From Herminiimonas sp. (GTDB taxonomy: Bacteria > Pseudomonadota > Gammaproteobacteria > Burkholderiales > Burkholderiaceae_D), in assembly GCA_014376645.1 (NCBI GenBank), contig JACMRD010000110.1, positions 14,470 through 78,469 of the forward strand: 64,000 nucleotides of DNA, given 5' to 3'. Of the stretch, positions 58,687-64,000 are shown piece by piece; the first letter of the stretch is position 1, and each line of letters begins with the position of its first letter. A model generated the notes under the pieces. It did no database searches and was not told the DNA's origin. It was given only the letters and a program-made list of their open reading frames with translations. A program made the translations under genes and the position numbers.

Positions 58687-60318
58687 ATGAAGCTCCTGCA
58701 AAACCTGAAACTGTTTCATCGCTTCTCGTTGATGATCGCGTTGTTCGTCCTTGGATTCGCAGTCTGCGGCGCCTGGGGTCTGAAGACAATCAATGAATTG
58801 AAGGTCAACGGACCGCTCTACCAGCGCATCGTACAGGGCAAGGATCTGATCGCCGACATTCTCCCACCGCCCGAATACATCATCGAATCCTACTTGGTAA
58901 CGCTGCAATTGATGGGAGCGGGCGACAAGCCCGAACGCGACACGCTCGTTGCGCGCCTCAAGACCCTCAAGGCCGAATACGACAGCCGCCATGAGTTCTG
59001 GCTGAAGGAAAATCTGGAAACCGATCTGGCAGATCTTTTCCTGAAACAGGCACACATGCCGGCGATGGCGTTCTATGCAGCCGCGTTCGATCAGCTGATC
59101 CCGGCGTTGCAGCGCGAGGATGCGAAAGCAGCCACGACCGCGCTGTCAACCATGAAACAGGCTTACGAAAGCCACCGCGCCTTGATCGACCGGGTGGTAC
59201 AGATCACCACCAAGCGCACCGAAACCGATGAAGCCTCGGCAAAACAGATGATCCACTCCGGCTTGCTGCTGATGCTGATCGTGCTTGCGTCCTCGATCGC
59301 GACCGGCGTCACGGCGGCAGTGCTCATCATCCGCGGCGTACTCAAGAGCATCGGCGGAGAACCGGACTATGCTACCGGGATCACCAACCAGATGGCCCAG
59401 GGCGATCTGAGCGCCCGCATCAAGATTGCGGGCAGCGATCCGCACAGTCTGCTGGTTGCCATCAAGAGCATGCAGGAAATGATGATCCGGACCACTGGCG
59501 AGATCAAGCAGGCCGTCGATGGCGTCAGCACCGGCTCCCATCAAATTGCAACCGGCAATATCGACCTGTCGCAACGTACCGAACAACAGGCGATCGCTCT
59601 GCAGCAGACCGCTGCATCGATGGGCGAACTCACTGCGACCATCAAGCAGAATGCCGACAGCGCCGTGCAAGCCAACGCACTCGCGGTCTCGGCATCGGAA
59701 GTCGCACAACGCGGTGGTCGCGTAGTTGCGCAGGTGGTCGACACGATGAGATCGATCAATGATTCGGCGAAAAAAATCGTGGACATCATCGGCGTCATTG
59801 ATTCGATCGCTTTTCAAACCAACATCCTTGCGCTCAACGCAGCGGTCGAGGCGGCACGGGCCGGCGAACAGGGTCGTGGCTTTGCCGTCGTCGCCGCCGA
59901 AGTCCGCACACTGGCGCAGCGCTCGGCCGGTGCGGCACGCGAGATCAAGACGCTGATCACCGATTCGGTCGACAAAGTGGCCCTGGGCAGCACCCTGGTA
60001 CAACAGGCCGGACTGACCATGCACGATATTCTGGCCAGTGTAGAACAGGTGACCACGATCATGGGACACATCGCCGTGGCCAGCAACGACCAGACCGCCG
60101 GTATCGAAAAAATCAATCATGCGGTCGCGCGGATGGACGACGTCACACAGCAGAATGCCGCCCTGGTTGAAGAGGCAGCAGCAGCGGCCGGCGCCCTGCA
60201 GAATCAGGCCGACGGCCTGGCGCTCCTGGTCAACGTGTTCCGCGTGGACGAGGGACAACTGCATGAACCGGTTGCGCATACCGCGGCCGCGAGTGCCTTC
60301 CGCGCCCTGCCGGCCTGA
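58687..60318 (+). CDS. methyl-accepting chemotaxis protein
   Basis: I trimmed the ORF to the ATG at 58687. There are two TM segments and a HAMP region. The signalling hairpin is [43 protein letters not shown]. Confidence 0.9.
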   Translation: MKLLQNLKLFHRFSLMIALFVLGFAVCGAWGLKTINELKVNGPLYQRIVQGKDLIADILPPPEYIIESYLVTLQLMGAGDKPERDTLVARLKTLKAEYDSRHEFWLKENLETDLADLFLKQAHMPAMAFYAAAFDQLIPALQREDAKAATTALSTMKQAYESHRALIDRVVQITTKRTETDEASAKQMIHSGLLLMLIVLASSIATGVTAAVLIIRGVLKSIGGEPDYATGITNQMAQGDLSARIKIAGSDPHSLLVAIKSMQEMMIRTTGEIKQAVDGVSTGSHQIATGNIDLSQRTEQQAIALQQTAASMGELTATIKQNADSAVQANALAVSASEVAQRGGRVVAQVVDTMRSINDSAKKIVDIIGVIDSIAFQTNILALNAAVEAARAGEQGRGFAVVAAEVRTLAQRSAGAAREIKTLITDSVDKVALGSTLVQQAGLTMHDILASVEQVTTIMGHIAVASNDQTAGIEKINHAVARMDDVTQQNAALVEEAAAAAGALQNQADGLALLVNVFRVDEGQLHEPVAHTAAASAFRALPA

Positions 60319-60348
60319 CTGCCTGACTGCCTGACTGCCTGACTGCCT
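60314..60348. repeat. 8-bp tandem repeat CCTGACTG x4 plus a partial copy
   Basis: Read directly. The first unit contains the MCP stop codon TGA (60316-60318). Confidence 0.9.
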
Positions 60349-60371
60349 CTGCCCGCACGGTCACGTATTAC

Positions 60372-61151
60372 TCAGGATGCGCTACACAGCGGCAACGCGA
60401 GGGCCTGCAGGACCTCCCCTCGCTCGCTCTGCACGAAGGCTGCCACACCCAGGTTGTGCGCGACGGCGCTGCCGGGTACGGCCAGCGCTCTGTTCAAGCT
60501 GACTTTTCCGGCGTCGGCCTTAGCTTCCAGGGCGATCGGACCGACCCACTGGCGCACGACATAATCGTGGCGCAGCGTCGCGCCACCGTTCTCGCCGGAC
60601 CTGACCTTGCTGACGAGTTCGTTTTCATACAGCGCGACGAACAGGTTTCCCGCCTGCGCCGTCCGGGTGCTGACTTCCACCGGCAATGTGCCGGCGCTCA
60701 GCCTGCCCAGCGAGATACCGATGTCGGCCCGAGCCGGCTGGCGGTTGATCCGCTGGACCGCAGCGGCGATGCCTCCAGACCAATTCCGCAGTTCCTGACC
60801 AGCGATGAACATTTCCGGCGTGTAGACCGTCCTGCTGTTGGCCAGATTCGACAACCAGCGCTGCCGCTCGGTGAACGTCTTGTTTGAAAAAAGATCTTTC
60901 CAGCCGATGTGATCCCAGTAATCGACGTGCAGCGCCAGCGGTACCACCTGATCAAGACCTGTCGCGGAGTTGGTTTGGGCGCGCAACTGACTGAGCGCAC
61001 GGTCGGCTGGCGGGCAGCTGCTGCAACCTTCGGATGTGTAGAGTTCGAGCAGCGCGACGGTGTGGGCAGGACTCTGCCTGGAGCAGCTCTGCGCTTGGGC
61101 AGCTACCCAGGGTGCGGCATACGACAGGAAAATCATCAACACGGTTTTCAT
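60372..61151 (-). CDS. DUF1223-family thioredoxin-fold protein (secreted)
   Basis: I trimmed the ORF to the ATG at 61151. There is a signal peptide, then ALLELYTSEGCSSCPPAD...LHVDYWDHIGWKD. Confidence 0.75.
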   Translation of the reverse strand: MKTVLMIFLSYAAPWVAAQAQSCSRQSPAHTVALLELYTSEGCSSCPPADRALSQLRAQTNSATGLDQVVPLALHVDYWDHIGWKDLFSNKTFTERQRWLSNLANSRTVYTPEMFIAGQELRNWSGGIAAAVQRINRQPARADIGISLGRLSAGTLPVEVSTRTAQAGNLFVALYENELVSKVRSGENGGATLRHDYVVRQWVGPIALEAKADAGKVSLNRALAVPGSAVAHNLGVAAFVQSERGEVLQALALPLCSAS

Positions 61152-61386
61152 ACGGTCCTCGTGGGTTATCACGGCGGCGCCATCAGGTCACCCGGATTGG
61201 TCGTCATGGACGCGTACAACTTACAAGCTGAACTGCTACCCGCACGCAGCCCATCGCGCCCGAACCGGCGTCAAGCCGACAAGAGATCGGTTTTCCGAGA
61301 CTGTCGTGCTACGGTAAAATAACCGGGGCCAATACCGTGCTGCAATCTCCTCTTGCAACCATCCTTTTCGATCACCACTGGACTCA

Positions 61387-63132
61387 ATGAGCAACGAACC
61401 GAAACACGCCGTTCCCGCTGCGCCATCGCCGAATTTTCTGCGCGCGATCATCGAAGACGATCTGGCACAGGCCCGCTACGCCGGTCGCACTGACGCGAAC
61501 GGCCAGCCGCTGCCGCCGCTGGTGACGCGCTTTCCGCCGGAGCCGAACGGGTATCTGCACATCGGTCATGCCAAGTCGATCTGCCTGAATTTCGGTCTGG
61601 CCCGTGACTACGGCGGCCGGGCGCACTTGCGGTTCGACGATACCAATCCGACCAAGGAAGAGCAGGAGTACGTCGACACCATCATCGAGTCCGTCCAGTG
61701 GCTGGGGTTCGACTGGCATGACGCCAATGGCGGCAGCCACTTGTATTACGCCAGCGATTACTTCGACCGCCTCTATGTCATGGCGGAATACCTGATCGGC
61801 GCCGGCCATGCGTATGTGGACAGCCAGTCGGCCGATGAAATGGCGGCAAACCGCGGCAATTTTGGCGAAGCCGGCAAGAATTCACGCTATCGCGATCGTC
61901 CGGCCGCCGAGTCGCTGGACCTGTTCCGGCGCATGAAGGCAGGCGAGTTCAAGGATGGCGAGCATATCGTGCGCGCCCGAATCGACATGGCCTCGCCCAA
62001 CATGAACCTGCGCGATCCGGCCATCTACCGCATCCGCCATGCCCATCATCACCGCACTGGCGACGCCTGGTGCATCTACCCGATGTACGACTACGCCCAT
62101 CCGATCGAAGACGCCATCGAGCAGATCTCGCATTCGGTCTGCACGCTTGAATTCCAGGACCACCGGCCGTTCTACGAATGGGTGCTGGAGCACCTGGCCG
62201 ACGGCGGCTTCTTTCAGCGTCCGCTGCCGCATCAGTACGAATTCGCCCGGCTCAATGTCACCTATGTCGTGACCAGCAAGCGCAAGCTTCGCGAACTGGT
62301 CGACGAAGGTATCGTCGATGGCTGGGACGACCCGCGCATGCCCACCATCGTCGGCATTCGCCGTCGCGGCTTCACGCCGGAATCGATCCAGCTCTTCTGC
62401 GAGCGGACCGGCACGACCAAATCCGACGGCTGGACCGATTACGGCATGCTAGAAGGCGCCCTGCGCGATGATCTGGACGACAAGGCGCCTCGCGCGACTG
62501 CCGTCCTGCGGCCACTGAAACTGATCATCGACAATTTCCCCGTCGGCGAAACGGTCGAATGCACTGCGCCGGTCCATCCGCATCATCCGGAGCGCGGGCT
62601 GCGCACGATGCCGATTTCCGACACGTTGTGGATCGAGCAGGATGACTTCATGGAAGTGCCGGTCAAGGGCTATTTCCGCCTGTTCCCCGGCAACCGGGTG
62701 CGCCTGCGGTACGGATATGTCGTCGAATGCGTTGGCTGCGACAAGGATGCCGAGGGCAATGTGATCGCCGTGCATTGCACCTATTTTGCGGACAGCAAAT
62801 CCGGTACCGAAGGCTCGGCGACCTACAAGGTCAAGGGCAACATCCACTGGGTCAGCGCAGCCCAGGCGCTCGAGGTGGAGGTGCGTCTGTTCGATCGCCT
62901 ATTCACGGAGGCCCAACCGGATGCCGGCGGCCGCGACTTCAAGCTGGCCCTGAATCCGGCCGCCAAGGAAGTGGTGCGCGCCTTTGTCGAGCCGGGCCTG
63001 GTGACGACGCCGGCCGAGCATCGTTTGCAGTTCGAGCGGCATGGCTATTTCGTGGCCGATCGTAAGGATTCGGTGCCCGGCAAGCCGGTGTTCAACCGCA
63101 TCGTCGGGTTGAAGGATACCTGGGCGAAATGA
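61387..63132 (+). CDS. glnS: glutamine--tRNA ligase
   Basis: It has NFLRAIIEDDL, the RFPPEPNGYLHIGHAKS HIGH motif, and VTSKRKL (KMSKS-type). Confidence 0.97.
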   Translation: MSNEPKHAVPAAPSPNFLRAIIEDDLAQARYAGRTDANGQPLPPLVTRFPPEPNGYLHIGHAKSICLNFGLARDYGGRAHLRFDDTNPTKEEQEYVDTIIESVQWLGFDWHDANGGSHLYYASDYFDRLYVMAEYLIGAGHAYVDSQSADEMAANRGNFGEAGKNSRYRDRPAAESLDLFRRMKAGEFKDGEHIVRARIDMASPNMNLRDPAIYRIRHAHHHRTGDAWCIYPMYDYAHPIEDAIEQISHSVCTLEFQDHRPFYEWVLEHLADGGFFQRPLPHQYEFARLNVTYVVTSKRKLRELVDEGIVDGWDDPRMPTIVGIRRRGFTPESIQLFCERTGTTKSDGWTDYGMLEGALRDDLDDKAPRATAVLRPLKLIIDNFPVGETVECTAPVHPHHPERGLRTMPISDTLWIEQDDFMEVPVKGYFRLFPGNRVRLRYGYVVECVGCDKDAEGNVIAVHCTYFADSKSGTEGSATYKVKGNIHWVSAAQALEVEVRLFDRLFTEAQPDAGGRDFKLALNPAAKEVVRAFVEPGLVTTPAEHRLQFERHGYFVADRKDSVPGKPVFNRIVGLKDTWAK

Positions 63133-63152
63133 CGCTTGTGGCGGGAGCGGCG

Positions 63153-63476
63153 TCAGGCTTGCCAGACACCAAAGCCCGCCTCGCGCAAGCCGATCGCCAG
63201 CTCGACTTCCATTTCGCAAGCTGCGTGGTACGGCATGGGATTGTAAATTTCATAGAGAGCGGGCAATAAACGAAGGCCAAATTCCAGGACATAGCGATTG
63301 GACTGGATGCCTGCCTTGTGCTTGTCGAAGCGCAGGTCGGGGTTGAGCCCGGTCATGCCCACATAGACGCAGGGCTTGCCGCGGACATGATCCGGATTGG
63401 CCTTGCAAAAACGCGGCTCGTAGATGACGTCGGGCGACAGTTCGATGACATAGACGTGGTGGTGGTGGCGCCGCAT
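63153..63476 (-). CDS. small GIY-YIG-like (URI-domain-like) protein with an N-terminal His4 run
   Basis: The sequence is MRRHHHHVYVIEL...CVYVGMTGLNPDLRFDKHKAG...EMEVELAIGLREAGFGVW. The spacing between the VYV and YVG elements is longer than in canonical GIY-YIG, so the assignment is tentative. Confidence 0.45.
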   Translation of the reverse strand: MRRHHHHVYVIELSPDVIYEPRFCKANPDHVRGKPCVYVGMTGLNPDLRFDKHKAGIQSNRYVLEFGLRLLPALYEIYNPMPYHAACEMEVELAIGLREAGFGVWQA

Positions 63477-63650
63477 GCGGACAGAGTAGCAGGTGGTTGC
63501 GGTCGCTTGCCGCTAAAAACCATAACCCATTTACATCCGAGGTTTTGCTGCATTGCAAAACGGCGCCCGATGTTAAGCTGTAAGGAAGCAGCAAAACATC
63601 TCGGCCGCGCCGGTCCTCGGCGTGCATTCACACCAACTCGTCAGACCCTG

Positions 63651-63995
63651 ATGCACAATCGTTACCGACAAATACCGCTCGACGCCGCCGTTCCGGGGAT
63701 GATTCTGTCCGACGCCGTGCTCGATGACAAAGGCAATATTCTTTTACCAAAGGGAATCGAACTGACCAGTGCGCTGCTGGCCTCGCTGGCCCGGCACCAG
63801 ATCGATACGGTCGCCATCGCAGAGGGTGGACTATCGGCGGAGGAAGCAAGCGCACAGGACCACCGCAGGACCGCCCGAATCACTTACCTGTTTCGCCAGC
63901 CCGGAGGCCTGGAAGCCGCGCCGCAGTCGCGCTCGGATGCCGATTTGCTTCTGCACCAATTCATCCTGCACTATCGCTCGAGTGATCCAACATGA
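63651..63995 (+). CDS. stand-alone DUF3391-like domain protein
   Basis: I trimmed the track ORF 63318..63995 to the ATG at 63651. IPLDAAVPGMILSDAVLDDKGNILLPKGIELTSALLASLARHQIDTVAI matches the N-terminal module usually fused to HD-GYP proteins. Another ORF starts at 63992 (ATGA overlap) and runs off the window. Confidence 0.45.
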   Translation: MHNRYRQIPLDAAVPGMILSDAVLDDKGNILLPKGIELTSALLASLARHQIDTVAIAEGGLSAEEASAQDHRRTARITYLFRQPGGLEAAPQSRSDADLLLHQFILHYRSSDPT

Positions 63996-64000
63996 ACCAA

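Overview
This is a high-GC (roughly 60-65% by eye) chromosomal segment that looks betaproteobacterial, in Burkholderiales/Oxalobacteraceae style. That call rests on gene content and order: exbB-exbD-lpxK-ycaR-kdsB-adk, rpsP-rimM-trmD-rplS, etfBA with an acyl-CoA dehydrogenase, and tamAB. No database search was possible, so every family name comes from motif recognition by eye.

Most of the window is housekeeping: purN, ggt, a K+-independent H+-pyrophosphatase, adk, kdsB, lpxK, exbBD, xseA, sodB, tamA/tamB, fumC, the ribosomal-protein operon, etfAB, alaS and glnS. I found no rRNA, tRNA or CRISPR array. Many long ORFs in the track are antisense shadows of real genes, as expected at this GC content. 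Many track ORFs also carry spurious N-terminal extensions, and I trimmed those to internal ATG/GTG/TTG starts that have ribosome-binding sites.

The accessory or unusual patches are:
- An exported RNase Sa-type ribonuclease with a barstar-like partner (1.6-2.5 kb).
- A very AT-poor-to-AT-rich transition (about 23-32% GC at 18.9-19.0 kb) leading into an orphan OmpR-type regulator with a degenerate receiver. It is followed by a small membrane protein, a secreted two-domain hydrolase behind palindromic operators, and a run of small unknown proteins (18.9-23.3 kb).
- A translationally coupled module of an outer-membrane barrel, a ZnuA-like binding protein and a ZnuB-like permease with no ATPase gene. 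It is preceded by a Cys/His membrane protein and followed by a His-rich CzcD exporter (23.4-28.1 kb). I rank this the best candidate for something not yet described.
- A small stress-protein cluster containing a 45-aa lmo0937-type ORF that the track misses (29.4-30.5 kb).
- A decayed IS5-family transposase remnant (30.8-31.1 kb).

I did not recognise a clear, complete novel multi-gene system. The findings are ranked honestly with that in mind.
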